From positions 5,472,001 to 5,536,000 of the forward strand of contig OZ223209.1 in the NCBI GenBank assembly GCA_965140415.1: a DNA stretch of 64,000 bases. Reading direction: 5' to 3'. Shown here piece after piece: positions 46,217-57,384 of the stretch; within the stretch, counting starts at the first letter, position 1; every line of letters begins with the position of its first letter. The notes beneath the pieces are model-generated. The model was not told where the DNA came from and did not search any database. It saw only the letters and a list, made by a program, of their open reading frames with translations. The translations under genes were made by a program, and so were the position numbers. This stretch comes from Myxococcota bacterium (lineage in GTDB: Bacteria; Myxococcota_A; SURF-8).

Positions 46217-48577
46217 TCAGTTTGCGGCGTCTTCCTGTGCAATCGTCACCGCCAGCACGTCGTCGATGCGCGAGGCGAAGACGGCATTGAACTGGCGACG
46301 CAGATGCGGAGGAATTTCCACCATATCCTTCTCATTACGAGAGGGAATGACGATGGTTTTAATTCCGGCGCGCAGCGCGGCAAGCACTTTCATCTTCAAT
46401 CCACCGATGGGCAGCACTTTTCCGGTCAGCGTGATTTCACCGGTCATGGCGACGTCGTGGCGTACCTTGCGTCCGGTAAGCACCGAGAATAAGGTCGTGG
46501 CCATCGTCACGCCTGCGCTGGGACCATCTTTGGGAATCGCTCCCGCCGGAACGTGGATGTGTACCTGGAATTCATCGAAAGCCGCTTCCGGGATGCCGTA
46601 TTCCTCCGATTTGCTGCGCAGATAACTCCAAGCCGCCTGGGCCGATTCCTTCATCACATCACCCAGTTGCCCGGTCAGAATCAGTTGCCCCTTGCCGCGC
46701 ATGCTGCGGGCTTCGATGTACAGAATATCGCCGCCCACCGGAGTCCAGGCCAAACCGGCGGCCACGCCGATCTGATCCTGTTTTTCCTCTTCCGTTTCCA
46801 GATAAACGGGCGGTCCCAGGTATTTTTCCGCCAGTTTCGCCGTGATCACGCGGGAAGTCCGCTTGCCTTCGGCCAGTTCAAGCGCCACTTTGCGGCACAC
46901 CGCACCAATTTTCCGCTCCAGGTTACGCAGACCCGATTCCCGTGTGTAATTGATCACGATAAATTCGACGGCTTTGTCGTTGAAGCGAATCTGTTCCGGC
47001 GTCATGCCGTTTTCTTCGATCTGCTTTGGAAGCAGGAAACGCTTGGCAATATGCAGTTTTTCATCGGAACTGTAACCGGATAACTGAATGACTTCCATAC
47101 GATCGCGCAACGCCGGCGGGATGGTATCCAGCACGTTGGCGGTGGCGATGAACATCACCTCGGTCAGATCGAAAGCCAGGTTGATGTAATGATCCACGAA
47201 GCTGTGATTCTGCTCCGGGTCCAGCACTTCCAACAGCGCCGAGCTGGGATCGCCACGGAAGTCGGAGCCGAGCTTGTCGATTTCGTCCATCATGAACACC
47301 GGGTTTCGCGTCCCCGCCTGCTTCAATCCCTGAATGATCTTGCCCGGCATCGCGCCGACATAAGTCCGCCGATGACCGCGCATTTCCGCTTCGTCACGCA
47401 CGCCGCCCAAGGAAATCCGCACGAATTCACGATTCAGACAGCGCGCAATCGATTTACCCAGCGAGGTTTTGCCGACACCCGGAGGACCGACGAAGCACAG
47501 GATCGGTCCTTTGTGAGTGCCTTTCAGTTTGCGCACGCCCAAAAATTCCAGAATGCGTTCCTTGATCTTTTCCAGATCGTAGTGGTCTTCATCCAGAATT
47601 TTACGGGCGAGCGGAATGTCCAGGGTATCTTCGCTCAATTTCTGCCAGGGAATTTCCACCAGCCAGTCGAGGTAGGTGCGGATCACCGCCGCCTCGGCGC
47701 TTTCGGCATTCATCATTTCCAGGCGCTCGATCTGCTTGGTGGCTTCCTTGATGCCTTCCTCGGTCATGCCGATCTGCTGGATTTTCTGGCGCAGTTCGTC
47801 CATTTCCTGCTGGCGGGAATCGCTTTCGCCCAATTCCGCCTTGATCTGGCGCAACTGCTCGCGCAGGAAGTAGTCGCGCTGCGATTTGCTCATTTCCTCA
47901 CGCGCCTGATTCTGAATCTTGGCCTGCATCGTCAATACTTTGGTTTCCTTGTCCAAAATCGTATTGACGCGGTGCAGCCGCTCGATAGGATCTAAAATCT
48001 CAAGGATTTCCTGGGATTCCTTGACATCGGTGATCAGATTGCTGACGACCAGATCCGCCAGGCGACCGGGATGCGTGATCGAGCCAATCATCAACAGGAT
48101 GTCGGGAGAGATCTGCTTACCCAGATTGATGACCTTTTCCATGCCTTCCTTGACGGTGCGCATGATGGCTTCGATCTGCACGGACTGTTCCTCATCGGGG
48201 TCGTAGTCTTCCAGACCTTCCACACCGACCTCGATAAAGGGACGTTCCTCCCACACGGTCTTGATCGTCGCCCGCTGCAAGCCCTGAACCAGGATCTTGA
48301 TCCGGCCATCGACCAGTTTACGCATCCGCATGATCATGCCGACGACACCCAACTGGTACAAGTCGCCGCTATTGGGTTCCTCTTCCAAGGAATCCTGCTG
48401 GGCGACCAGAAAGACCAGGCGATCCTTGGAAAGCGAATGGTCCACCGCACTGACCGTCATGGGACGATTCACGAAAAGTGGAACGATCATATATGGATAC
48501 ACCACGAGGTCTTTGATGGGAAGTACGGGAAGTCGCTCCGGTATTTCCACTTTCTCGCGTTCGAGTTCTTCCGTCAT
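46217..48577 (-). CDS. lon: ATP-dependent protease La (Lon)
   Basis: LON N domain, GPPGVGKT Walker A, PKDGPSAG catalytic Ser. Confidence 0.99.
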   Translation of the reverse strand: MTEELEREKVEIPERLPVLPIKDLVVYPYMIVPLFVNRPMTVSAVDHSLSKDRLVFLVAQQDSLEEEPNSGDLYQLGVVGMIMRMRKLVDGRIKILVQGLQRATIKTVWEERPFIEVGVEGLEDYDPDEEQSVQIEAIMRTVKEGMEKVINLGKQISPDILLMIGSITHPGRLADLVVSNLITDVKESQEILEILDPIERLHRVNTILDKETKVLTMQAKIQNQAREEMSKSQRDYFLREQLRQIKAELGESDSRQQEMDELRQKIQQIGMTEEGIKEATKQIERLEMMNAESAEAAVIRTYLDWLVEIPWQKLSEDTLDIPLARKILDEDHYDLEKIKERILEFLGVRKLKGTHKGPILCFVGPPGVGKTSLGKSIARCLNREFVRISLGGVRDEAEMRGHRRTYVGAMPGKIIQGLKQAGTRNPVFMMDEIDKLGSDFRGDPSSALLEVLDPEQNHSFVDHYINLAFDLTEVMFIATANVLDTIPPALRDRMEVIQLSGYSSDEKLHIAKRFLLPKQIEENGMTPEQIRFNDKAVEFIVINYTRESGLRNLERKIGAVCRKVALELAEGKRTSRVITAKLAEKYLGPPVYLETEEEKQDQIGVAAGLAWTPVGGDILYIEARSMRGKGQLILTGQLGDVMKESAQAAWSYLRSKSEEYGIPEAAFDEFQVHIHVPAGAIPKDGPSAGVTMATTLFSVLTGRKVRHDVAMTGEITLTGKVLPIGGLKMKVLAALRAGIKTIVIPSRNEKDMVEIPPHLRRQFNAVFASRIDDVLAVTIAQEDAAN

Positions 48578-48645
48578 TTTTCATCCTCTATCAGTGGCTT
48601 GGTTTACCCAAATAGGCGATATATTGTTGCTACATATTCAATCGG

Positions 48646-49095
48646 TCAATCGATCGGGATTCTTTTGCGTTTTCCGCGCCGATCGGAAATCTTTGGAAGC
48701 ACGACTTCCAAAACGCCGTCTTTCATCGACGCCTTGGCATTTTGCGTATCCACCGGCTTGGGAATACCGATGTCGCGCTTGAATTTGCCGAATTCGCGTT
48801 CGAGATTGACGAAGGAGACTTTGTCGCCACCGTAACCGGGTTGCTTTTTCCCTTCGATCATCAGCAGATCGCGGGTGATGAACACATCCAGGTCACCCTT
48901 CCCCATGCCGGGAACTTCCGCCCGCACATGAAAGGCATCGTCGCATTCGTACACATCCACACTTAATTCCAGACTGTTACAGCGCGGGGAAAAACGATCG
49001 GTGGGTTTGCCGACGACATCGGAAAGGAGCTGGTTCAGCTCTTCCTGAATCGTAAGCAACCGCGCTTTCGAATAGTCTTTCTTGATATTGGCCAT
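48646..49095 (-). CDS. Hsp20/alpha-crystallin small heat shock protein
   Basis: VDVYE..AEVPG, EREFGKFKR, ASMKDGVLEVVLPK. Confidence 0.93.
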   Translation of the reverse strand: MANIKKDYSKARLLTIQEELNQLLSDVVGKPTDRFSPRCNSLELSVDVYECDDAFHVRAEVPGMGKGDLDVFITRDLLMIEGKKQPGYGGDKVSFVNLEREFGKFKRDIGIPKPVDTQNAKASMKDGVLEVVLPKISDRRGKRKRIPID

Positions 49096-49140
49096 ACAGC
49101 CCTCCTTGCCTTGTTCACCCCACGGATGCAGAATGAGGCG

Positions 49141-49169
49141 ATTGTACCTTTTCGGCTCGCGTTTCGCAA
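49141..49169 (-). promoter_or_regulatory. Putative sigma70 promoter of hsp20-lon
   Basis: TTGCGA-N17-TACAAT. Confidence 0.6.
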
Positions 49170-49190
49170 TGCCCTACAAGGCTTCTTTGC

Positions 49191-51338
49191 TTAAGATCCG
49201 TTTTTTACTCGCTGAAAGTGAATCAGCAGCCCGATCAGCAACCCGAACATGATCAAGGAACCATACGGCGCGAAGGCTCCCATCCAACCGTGCGCCACAT
49301 CCAGGTGGATTTTCTGCCAGGCCAACAGCGCCAGCAGAATTCCAATGAGCGCTTCTCCTGCGATCAAGCCGGAGGACAGCAGAATGCCGTTTTCGCGCAC
49401 CGACTCGCGCTTTTCCTTTTTGCTGAAATGCATCATCAATCCGCGCACCACGCCACCGGCGATGATCGGCGTGGATAACGACAGCGGCAGATACAAGCCC
49501 ACCGCAAAGGGCAACGACGGAATCCCGAGCAATTCCACCACAATCGCCGCAAACGCTCCGATAAAGATCAGCATCCACGGCAAATTGGCGCTCATCACGC
49601 CATCGATGACCATGGCCATCAAGGTGGCCTGCGGCGCTTTCAGGCGCTTGTCTTTGCTGCTGCTTTCCGCTTCTCCCTGCTGCAAATAGTAATTGAGCTT
49701 GTCGTTTAAACTCATCGATTCATAGCGGGCGGCATCCAGCCCCATGCGTTCGTTGTTCTGACTCGCCAGATCGCGTTCCTGCTCCTGCCAGATCCGCGTG
49801 ACTTTTGCGCTGTCGGCAAATACGCCCTCGCCCTGGATCATGGCCTGCGCCTGCTGGTGATTCAGCCCTTCCGGCGTCGGTCCGATGCCGTAGCCTTTGT
49901 TCAACACGAACAGCGTCAACCCGATAAACAGGGCCGCTACGACCACGCCGATAAATTCTCCGATCTGCTGCCTCCAGGGCGTCGCCCCGACCAGAAAACC
50001 GGTTTTCAGATCCTGCGAAGTATCGCCCGCGATGCAGATACCGATACAAACGATCCCCCCGGCGGTGATGGCCGCGATTTTTCCGGCCTCACCCGAATAT
50101 CCCGCCCAGGCCAGAATGCTGGTAACAGCCAACAGGGTGGCGATCGTCATACCGCTGGCGGGATTGCTGGAGGAGCCGATCAAGCCGACGATGCGGCTAC
50201 TGACGGTCACGAAAAAGAAACTGAACAGGACAATCAGGAAGGTCGCCAAAAAACCGACCGGAATGAAGGGGATGATCCAGATCAACAGACCAACCGCCAA
50301 AGCACCAGCCAATACGAACCAGCCGGGCAGATCGCGCTGGGTGCGCAAGACGTCACCTTTTTTAGCGCTGACGCCGAACTTGGCCAGCCCGATTTTAAAG
50401 GAACGAATAATCGTGGGCAGGGCTTTGATGAGGCTCAGCATACCGCCGCAGGCCACCGCACCCGCGCCGATGTAGCGGATGTAATAATTCCAGATTTCGC
50501 CGGGAGCCATAAAGCCGATCAGCGTTTTACGCGCGGGGAAGATCGGATCGACGGATTGTCCCCCGAAGACCGCGATGGCCGGAATCAACACCAGCCAGCC
50601 CATTACACCACCGGCGAGCATGATTCCCGCAATGCGAGGACCGATGATGTAACCGACACCCAATAGCGCCGGGAGATTGTCCAGCCCGATTTCTACGGAG
50701 GGTAATTTCTTGCTTGTAAAGCTGGGGCTTTCAGGCCACAAACCCAGACCCTTCATCAGGAAGGTGTAAATCGCGCCGAGACCCAGGCCAACAAATACCT
50801 TGCGCGCCTTCAAGCCGCCTTCCTGACCGGCGGCCAGCACTTCGGCGCAGGCGGTGCCTTCCGGATACGGCAGTTTCTCGTGTTCTTCGACGATCAGGTG
50901 CTTGCGCAGCGGAATCATGAAGAGCACACCCAACAGACCGCCAAGCAGCGAAAGCGTGAAAATGAAAAAGAGGGAGGGATCGTGACCCCAGATGATCAGT
51001 GCCGGTAAGGTAAAGACCACCCCGGCGGCCAGCGATTCTCCCGCCGAGCCGATGGTCTGCACCATGTTGTTTTCCAGAATCGTACCGCGCTTAAAAATGC
51101 CGCGCAGAATCGCCATGGAAATCACTGCCACGGGAATCGAAGCACTGACGGTCAGCCCGACATTCAATGCCAGGTAGACATTGGCCGCACCGAAAATGAC
51201 TCCCAATACGGCTCCCAACAGAACCGCTTTGATCGTGAATTCCGCGACATGCTGATCGGCAGGAATGATCGGAGTGAAACCGGATGCTTCCGCTTGTTCT
51301 GCGGATCGGTCGGATTGCCGGGAAGGATTCGCGTCCAT
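49191..51338 (-). CDS. OPT family oligopeptide transporter
   Basis: GLTVSASIP, ENNMVQT, LPYPEGTACAEVL, SQDLKTGFLVGATP, APQATLM. Confidence 0.93.
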   Translation of the reverse strand: MDANPSRQSDRSAEQAEASGFTPIIPADQHVAEFTIKAVLLGAVLGVIFGAANVYLALNVGLTVSASIPVAVISMAILRGIFKRGTILENNMVQTIGSAGESLAAGVVFTLPALIIWGHDPSLFFIFTLSLLGGLLGVLFMIPLRKHLIVEEHEKLPYPEGTACAEVLAAGQEGGLKARKVFVGLGLGAIYTFLMKGLGLWPESPSFTSKKLPSVEIGLDNLPALLGVGYIIGPRIAGIMLAGGVMGWLVLIPAIAVFGGQSVDPIFPARKTLIGFMAPGEIWNYYIRYIGAGAVACGGMLSLIKALPTIIRSFKIGLAKFGVSAKKGDVLRTQRDLPGWFVLAGALAVGLLIWIIPFIPVGFLATFLIVLFSFFFVTVSSRIVGLIGSSSNPASGMTIATLLAVTSILAWAGYSGEAGKIAAITAGGIVCIGICIAGDTSQDLKTGFLVGATPWRQQIGEFIGVVVAALFIGLTLFVLNKGYGIGPTPEGLNHQQAQAMIQGEGVFADSAKVTRIWQEQERDLASQNNERMGLDAARYESMSLNDKLNYYLQQGEAESSSKDKRLKAPQATLMAMVIDGVMSANLPWMLIFIGAFAAIVVELLGIPSLPFAVGLYLPLSLSTPIIAGGVVRGLMMHFSKKEKRESVRENGILLSSGLIAGEALIGILLALLAWQKIHLDVAHGWMGAFAPYGSLIMFGLLIGLLIHFQRVKNGS

Positions 51339-51391
51339 ACTCGCCCTCTCGCTGTTTCGTTCGTGGATTGACGATACTAGTTCGAGGCCCT

Positions 51392-51420
51392 ACGATACTT
51401 GAGCCGCGCCGGGGTGTCAA
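51392..51420 (-). promoter_or_regulatory. Putative sigma70 promoter of the OPT gene
   Basis: TTGACA-N17-TATCGT. Confidence 0.65.
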
Positions 51421-51480
51421 TTCTTAGCTGAGAGGAAATGACTTGAATTTCGAAATGATTATGAAACCGGTATGATCCCG

Positions 51481-51523
51481 AAAAAAGAAAACAGAAAAAC
51501 CCCCGAAGTCACCCTTCGGGGGT
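51481..51523 (-). terminator. Rho-independent terminator after rpmB
   Basis: ACCCCCGAAG-loop-CTTCGGGGGT followed by a long T run on the minus strand. Confidence 0.9.
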
Positions 51524-51553
51524 AGATATGCAGCGGATCGTTGGCACGCAGAA

Positions 51554-51778
51554 TTATTCGGCGGCTTTCGGCTGGAAAGTCTGAGCCGGAACCTTGGTTA
51601 CGCGGCCACTGCGGATGCAACGAGTGCACACGCTCATGCGCTTGACCGTGCCTTTTTCGTCCAGCGTGCGGATCTTCTGAATATTGGCCTTAAACTGGCG
51701 ACGCGTTTTGTTGTTCGCGTGGCTGACGTTATTGCCGGAAATCATACCCTTGCCACAAATTTCACATCGTCTCGACAT
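51554..51778 (-). CDS. rpmB: 50S ribosomal protein bL28
   Basis: [32 protein letters not shown]. Confidence 0.97.
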   Translation of the reverse strand: MSRRCEICGKGMISGNNVSHANNKTRRQFKANIQKIRTLDEKGTVKRMSVCTRCIRSGRVTKVPAQTFQPKAAE

Positions 51779-51822
51779 GATTCACCTCCAAGTTCTCGCT
51801 CATTCGCGAATGCGGACGCCGG

Positions 51823-51851
51823 TATGTACCATACCCACCCTTTGCATGCAA
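51823..51851 (-). promoter_or_regulatory. Putative promoter of rpmB
   Basis: TTGCAT-N17-TACATA with TGn extension. Confidence 0.5.
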
Positions 51852-51877
51852 GGTTTTTTTTGCAAACAGTAAAGGGA

Positions 51878-53338
51878 TCATGGTTTTTTCAATTCGTCCT
51901 TTTTCGGCTTCTTTTTACTGATCTCTCTCGCAATAGCCCAACCCGTAATGAAATCACCTTCCAGACCGAGTTCGGGCAAGACTTCCGCTCCGGCCAAGTA
52001 GCTGTTTTTCATCGGTAAAGTATAGGGCATCCCCCCGAAAAAGTCCTGCTGGTCATTGCAATTGTAGAGCAGACGACGCCCGGCCAGGCGCGTGAGATCG
52101 TTTAGCTCCTGTAACTTCGGAACCTGTTCGAAGTAGATTTTCTTGATATTTCCTTCCAGGAACGGAATCAGCGCTTTTATGCGCTCGATCGTTTCTTGTT
52201 GGAGATTCTGTACGCGCTCCGGGACAAAATCCTCAATCTTTACAGACTGATAGACATCCAGCCGTTCGATATCGGAATCCATGGGAATTTCCGGGTCGCG
52301 GGTGAAAAGCAACGGTTCGCCGTGCTGCGCGTCAAGTTGGAACAGAACGTGTTCCATGCCTTCCGGAATCACGTTGCGATCGAGCACCAGACTCAGTTTG
52401 ACCAGAGTATGGCTGGGCTGGATGCGCTGCAATTGCTCCTCGGCGAATTTCCGGCTTTTTTTGGAGGGTAGCACGTTAGGCAGCAGAAACGAATCCATGG
52501 CGAAAATCAGCGATTCGCCCCCGTAGGTGTTCTTTACATCATGCAGGTAGGTGGACGACTGCCTGTTTTCGACTTCCTGTAAGGCGGTCTGTTGCAGAAT
52601 GCGGCCATTATGCTTGTCCAGCCGCTCGATGAGCAACTCTTCCAGGCTTTGATCGCCGGTCGGATACACCAGGTTTCCAAAGAAAGACAGTGAGGCTCTC
52701 TGCAACAGCATGGGGTTGTGACCATCGGACAGATCGCTGGTAAAGCCACCCAGCGAAGTCATGATGCGCGCCAGCAGATTGCTCGACCACTGCTCCTCTA
52801 AACGCGGCTGAATGCCCGCCTGATCCAGGTTGTGGGTCAACTCTTTCTGACGGGCGGAATACTCCCAGCGTTGCTTGATGCCAGCCGGATGCACCGGCAA
52901 TCCGGGTGCGAGAAAGGCATCAAGCTGGGCGTTTAATTTATCCAATGAAATCAGCAAGTCTCCGATTTCATGGGGATTGGCTTCCTCGCCGAATTCGCGC
53001 TCCAGTTCGACCGCCAGCTTGACCCGATCGTTGGGTAACGAGGCGCGATGGCCGGGAATGACGTACTGAAAGAGTGGATTGATTCCTTTGAAATTGGAAC
53101 GGATCGTATGCCCGAGGTTCAGTTCCCGAAGCACTGCCTTGGGAATGGGCAGATCGAAAATGTCCGGTAGAAACAGGCGGCTGCGTCGTGATGCATCGCC
53201 GACAACCTGTTCCTGATCGGGACCGGAAACATTGCGAATCCAAAGCACCGAATACTTGCGCGCCGCCAGCAGAGTGGCCGCAATCAGCCCCGCCAGATTC
53301 TCCCCCAACAGGATCACGTCGAAATACTTCGCCCGCAT
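51878..53338 (-). CDS. Phytoene-desaturase-like FAD/NAD(P)-binding protein, divergent
   Basis: N-terminal FDVILLGENLAGLIAATLLA Rossmann-like motif; C-terminal NSYLAGAEVLPELGLEG. Confidence 0.6.
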   Translation of the reverse strand: MRAKYFDVILLGENLAGLIAATLLAARKYSVLWIRNVSGPDQEQVVGDASRRSRLFLPDIFDLPIPKAVLRELNLGHTIRSNFKGINPLFQYVIPGHRASLPNDRVKLAVELEREFGEEANPHEIGDLLISLDKLNAQLDAFLAPGLPVHPAGIKQRWEYSARQKELTHNLDQAGIQPRLEEQWSSNLLARIMTSLGGFTSDLSDGHNPMLLQRASLSFFGNLVYPTGDQSLEELLIERLDKHNGRILQQTALQEVENRQSSTYLHDVKNTYGGESLIFAMDSFLLPNVLPSKKSRKFAEEQLQRIQPSHTLVKLSLVLDRNVIPEGMEHVLFQLDAQHGEPLLFTRDPEIPMDSDIERLDVYQSVKIEDFVPERVQNLQQETIERIKALIPFLEGNIKKIYFEQVPKLQELNDLTRLAGRRLLYNCNDQQDFFGGMPYTLPMKNSYLAGAEVLPELGLEGDFITGWAIAREISKKKPKKDELKKP

Positions 53339-53425
53339 CGCCCTGCTATCCTCTCGTTACCAAACCACATATGAAAATCGGGAAGGGGTTGCCTTCCCGA
53401 TTGAAACAACAGAACTTACAACCAC

Positions 53426-56191
53426 TTACGCTCTTCTTCGCCAGAAGATGATTCCCGCCAGCAGGCTCAGCAACAACAAACCACCGGTCGCCATGTTGCC
53501 CGCAGCGCTGTGACAACCACCGCCGTCTTCCTCCGGCTCATCACCGTCGACCACCGGGAAATCGCCGTCGATAGGTGTGAAGCCATCGCCATCGGTGGGA
53601 TTGACGGTATCGCCATCCGTGCTGCTGCCGGAGTCGATGCAGATCTTCTCGAAATCATCGCAGATGAAGTTCTGACCCATGCTGGCCCAGCAATCTTCAT
53701 CCGTTTCGCAACCGACCACTTCGTCCACGAAGGTAAACAGGCTGCCGGTGATCGGAGCGCCGAAAACCGTGGCCCCACCCGCATCGACATTGGCATTGTC
53801 CATGACATTGATGCGGAATTTCTTCTCTACCGCGACATTATCGAAGGCCGCCACCGCCAGCAGGTTGACTTCTTCGTTCGCCGCCAGCGCAATGTTCAAG
53901 TTGCTGAATGTCACATTGCCGTTGTCCTCGCTGAAGGACTTGGACTCGCCCAGTTGCGACTCGCCGTTATCCAGCGCGCCGTTGCCGTTGGCATCGCGAT
54001 ACAGGCTGATCTGATCGACTTCACTGGGATCGTACAAGGTGCCTTCCGCCACGAAGGTAATGCCATTGATGGAAACGGCTTCATCGTAGGCGCGCAGCAA
54101 CAACTGCATGACGGGCGCATTGATCGTTTTCGGCAAAAACGCCGCTGCCGGATTGTGATAACCCATTTCAATGCTCACATCGGTATCGGCGCTGGGCAGG
54201 TACAGCAGGGAGCAATCGAAGGGCAGACCGTACTTGAAGCCGCGAATGCTCACACCCTCTTCGGTCAACTCCAATTGTCCGATCATCCCCGGAGTCGCAT
54301 CTTCATCCACGTCGACGGTCAGAATCAGGCTGTGCTTTTCGTCCTTGGCAACAGTCGGTAACGCGCTGAAATCATCGAACGCCAAACCGCCGCCAACCCA
54401 GGAGGTCTTCTGCCCGATCTGGGTGTCGCCGCTGTCGACCACGCCATCGTTGTTGTTATCCAGATACAAGGCCGCCATCGAGACGACCCCGGCATCCGCC
54501 GTTTCCTTGGGCGTGAATTTCAACGAGCTGATCTGCACCGGGCCTTCCAGGGCTTGCAGGCTTACATGCGCGGCAACGACATCGGTTTGACCCGCCGTTA
54601 CAAAGCGGCTTTCCGGATGGTTGCCGCCCTTGTTGAAATAGAGCTTGCCTTCGTAGGATTCCAGCCGAACGGTATGCTGGATCGGAACACCGCCGTTGGT
54701 GAAATAGATATCGCCATTGCCGCTGATGATCTGCGCGGTGTTTTCGACGATGGTTTCCTTGGAAACACCTTGCTCCAGCGAATTCAACCGAACGCCGATT
54801 TCCACGGTGCGTCGATACGGCTCGCCAGGCGGGATGTTGTCGGCAACGGCGATGCCGGTCAGGCTGGGCGGCTGGTTTTCAACCGGGTCGGGAACGTGGC
54901 GGCGCTCGCCGCTGGGCTCGACGACATAGGTGCTATTGGCAATATACGTCACGACCGAAGGCAGCGGATCTTTAACGATAACGTTGGTGGCGACATCTTC
55001 GCCGTTATTCTGAACGTAGATGTAATACGTGAAATCCTGTCCCGGATACAAGGCCTGGCCACTCGCCACCGAAGCGCCTTTTTCCGGCTCGTCGGGAATG
55101 TCGAAGTCGGGCAGGCGCGTATCGATCGAAAGGATGATGTAGTTACTGAATGCCTGATCCTGCCCCAGGGAAAAGAGAATGGTAGCGTCCGTGTCGCCCG
55201 GACTGAGCAGATCGGAAACATAGAAAGTATCCAGATCGATGGAGTACTGATTGGTGCGGCAGGCTTCGCCGTCGGCCAGGTTGGTGTTGACCGTGCCGTT
55301 ATAGGCGTTGTCCAGCGGATTGCAGGAATCGGTAAGCTGCACGCCGTTGAACTTGATTTCTTCGTTGTAGGTGCCGGTGACACCGGTGCCGGAGATGCTG
55401 TCGTCGCCTTCACCCAAAAAGAAGGTGACTTTGGCTTCCGGGTTGAAGGGCACATCGAAACCGGAGGGCGTCAGCGTGACGACTTCGTCGTGGATGGCAC
55501 GGAAATCGGTGTAATAGTAAATACGCTTGGCCTGTCCACCCGGATTGGAGTAGATGATCACCAAACTCCAGCCACCCAGCGCCACCGTGCGGCCTTTGTA
55601 AGGCTCATCCGCCCAGCCGGAGAAATCCGAAATCGTGTAATCGCCATTCAGGCTCTTGTCTTCCGTCACGTAATGGGTACGCAGAATATTGGTCACATCC
55701 GCCCGGATCGTATAGTAATGGAAGGTCTGATCCTGCCCCGCAAGGTCGGTACCTTCGTAGATCTCTTCGTAAATCGGATCTTCATCAGGAACGGTTACCG
55801 GGTATTTGTCGCCTTGGGGTGGCTGCAAATGCACTTCGCGGTCGGCGGCCTGTAGACCGTGCTGCAAGGAACCCATCCAGACCAGCATGGCTTTCAGAAT
55901 ATGAACGCCTTCCGGAATTCCCGCTAGCACAGCAGTTGATGTGCCGTTGACGATATCTCCCTGGCCGTCTCCCGGAGGGAAACAACCGAATGCGGACACC
56001 GTGCAGGTATCGTCTAAAAAGGAGCCGCCGGTCGCGGCGTAATCGATGGTACCTTCCCACTTATCCGTCGGTTCCAGCGCCAGTGCGCTGTTGATTCCGA
56101 CAAGTAGGAAAACGATCAGAAAACTCAAGGCCCCGCCTGTTACGCGAATGCTGCGATACTTCGAATACATGCTCTTCCTCCGGGTTCTCAT
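53426..56191 (-). CDS. Large surface protein with DUF11-type repeat and MYXO-CTERM-like sorting signal
   Basis: Signal peptide; PGQDFTYYIYVQNNG..ATNVIVKDPLP..YIANST; C-terminal GGGC + TM + RRR. Confidence 0.8.
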   Translation of the reverse strand: MRTRRKSMYSKYRSIRVTGGALSFLIVFLLVGINSALALEPTDKWEGTIDYAATGGSFLDDTCTVSAFGCFPPGDGQGDIVNGTSTAVLAGIPEGVHILKAMLVWMGSLQHGLQAADREVHLQPPQGDKYPVTVPDEDPIYEEIYEGTDLAGQDQTFHYYTIRADVTNILRTHYVTEDKSLNGDYTISDFSGWADEPYKGRTVALGGWSLVIIYSNPGGQAKRIYYYTDFRAIHDEVVTLTPSGFDVPFNPEAKVTFFLGEGDDSISGTGVTGTYNEEIKFNGVQLTDSCNPLDNAYNGTVNTNLADGEACRTNQYSIDLDTFYVSDLLSPGDTDATILFSLGQDQAFSNYIILSIDTRLPDFDIPDEPEKGASVASGQALYPGQDFTYYIYVQNNGEDVATNVIVKDPLPSVVTYIANSTYVVEPSGERRHVPDPVENQPPSLTGIAVADNIPPGEPYRRTVEIGVRLNSLEQGVSKETIVENTAQIISGNGDIYFTNGGVPIQHTVRLESYEGKLYFNKGGNHPESRFVTAGQTDVVAAHVSLQALEGPVQISSLKFTPKETADAGVVSMAALYLDNNNDGVVDSGDTQIGQKTSWVGGGLAFDDFSALPTVAKDEKHSLILTVDVDEDATPGMIGQLELTEEGVSIRGFKYGLPFDCSLLYLPSADTDVSIEMGYHNPAAAFLPKTINAPVMQLLLRAYDEAVSINGITFVAEGTLYDPSEVDQISLYRDANGNGALDNGESQLGESKSFSEDNGNVTFSNLNIALAANEEVNLLAVAAFDNVAVEKKFRINVMDNANVDAGGATVFGAPITGSLFTFVDEVVGCETDEDCWASMGQNFICDDFEKICIDSGSSTDGDTVNPTDGDGFTPIDGDFPVVDGDEPEEDGGGCHSAAGNMATGGLLLLSLLAGIIFWRRRA

Positions 56192-56344
56192 TACGCCTGA
56201 CGGCAGTAGGACGCCCTATTATTAAGGATAGGGACAAACAAAGTCAAGCCTTTATCCGGCAATGAAAAGCCAAGCAAACGGTTGACATCGTAACCGATTT
56301 CGTCTACATCTATTCAATATAGATGGTGACGGGGAGAGACCGGA

Positions 56345-57115
56345 ATGGCGGAACGAAATCAATTGAAAACCAAGGTGGAATTGACCTTGAACAGCCAGCA
56401 TGTCTGGCTGGCGTTTATCGGTGCGCTCATCGCAATGGCGCTGGTGTTTTCCTTGGGTGTGATGGTCGGAAAACGACTTAACGGCGTAGCGGGAGTGACT
56501 CCTGCCGACGACGCGCTGGCGGCAGTGCAGCAGCAGGAAGATCAATACCAGAAACTGGCAGAGGTAATCCAGGTCCAGCAACCGGAAAAAGCGGACGCAA
56601 AGGCCAAGGAAGACACTGCCGAACAGGATAAAAAGGCGCAGGAAGAAGCCGCAAAACTGGCAAAACTGCAACAGGAAAAAGAGGCCGCCAAGAAAGCAGA
56701 GCAGCAACGTCGGGAAAAAGAAGAAGCTCGCTTGAAAGAGCTAAAGAAAAAAGAACGGGAAAAACAGGCCGCAGAGGAACGCAAAGCCAAACAGCTTGCC
56801 CAGCAGGCCGCGAAAGAAAAGGAAAAGACAGAAGATAATTCAGCGGCATCAGCCACACAGACCCCGGCTCCGCAGGGAAAATACTACACCTTGCAGATTG
56901 CATCCTTCCCAAGTCGCGACAAAGCGGATTCCTATGTCTCGCGTTTCAAAGCCGTCGGCAATCGCAAGCCATTCATTACCCCGGCGGAAGTTCCCGGCAA
57001 AGGCACCTGGTATCGGGTGAAAATCGGGAAATTCGAAACGAAGGAACAGGCACTGGCCTTCCAATCCATCTTTGAAGCCCGCACCAAGACGCAATCCATC
57101 CTGGCACTTGAGTAG
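56345..57115 (+). CDS. SPOR-domain cell division protein (FtsN/DedD-like)
   Basis: N-terminal TM, charged coiled linker, YTLQIASF...WYRVKIGKF. Confidence 0.88.
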   Translation: MAERNQLKTKVELTLNSQHVWLAFIGALIAMALVFSLGVMVGKRLNGVAGVTPADDALAAVQQQEDQYQKLAEVIQVQQPEKADAKAKEDTAEQDKKAQEEAAKLAKLQQEKEAAKKAEQQRREKEEARLKELKKKEREKQAAEERKAKQLAQQAAKEKEKTEDNSAASATQTPAPQGKYYTLQIASFPSRDKADSYVSRFKAVGNRKPFITPAEVPGKGTWYRVKIGKFETKEQALAFQSIFEARTKTQSILALE

Positions 57116-57135
57116 AACCGATATCATTCATTTCC

Positions 57136-57216
57136 GTTCATCTAGCAATCGAGATGTGCCATGGTCTCACGGAATGGAAATTCCGGGAGGCCGTGCGTAA
57201 CCTATTGAATACACAC
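57136..57216 (+). repeat. Second copy of the 81-bp hairpin element
   Basis: 76/81 identical to 37430-37510 (by-eye alignment). Confidence 0.9.
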
Positions 57217-57328
57217 CGCCTTCCACGATCTTTGATCGCGTAAGACTATGGCGCAACGTCTTCGAATCAGTTGCTAAAAATAAATAACAACTCTTCTAGT
57301 CTCTTAAATCACACAAGAATTCGCATAG

Positions 57329-57367
57329 AGAAAAGGTGGGGAATGACCGCTCCGAAGAGCGGTCATT
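57329..57367 (-). terminator. Hairpin/terminator downstream of the 57385-57900 gene
   Basis: AATGACCGCT-C(TTCG)G-AGCGGTCATT, UUCG tetraloop on the minus strand, T run shortly after. Confidence 0.65.
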
Positions 57368-57384
57368 GGGTAAAGAGTGTCAGT

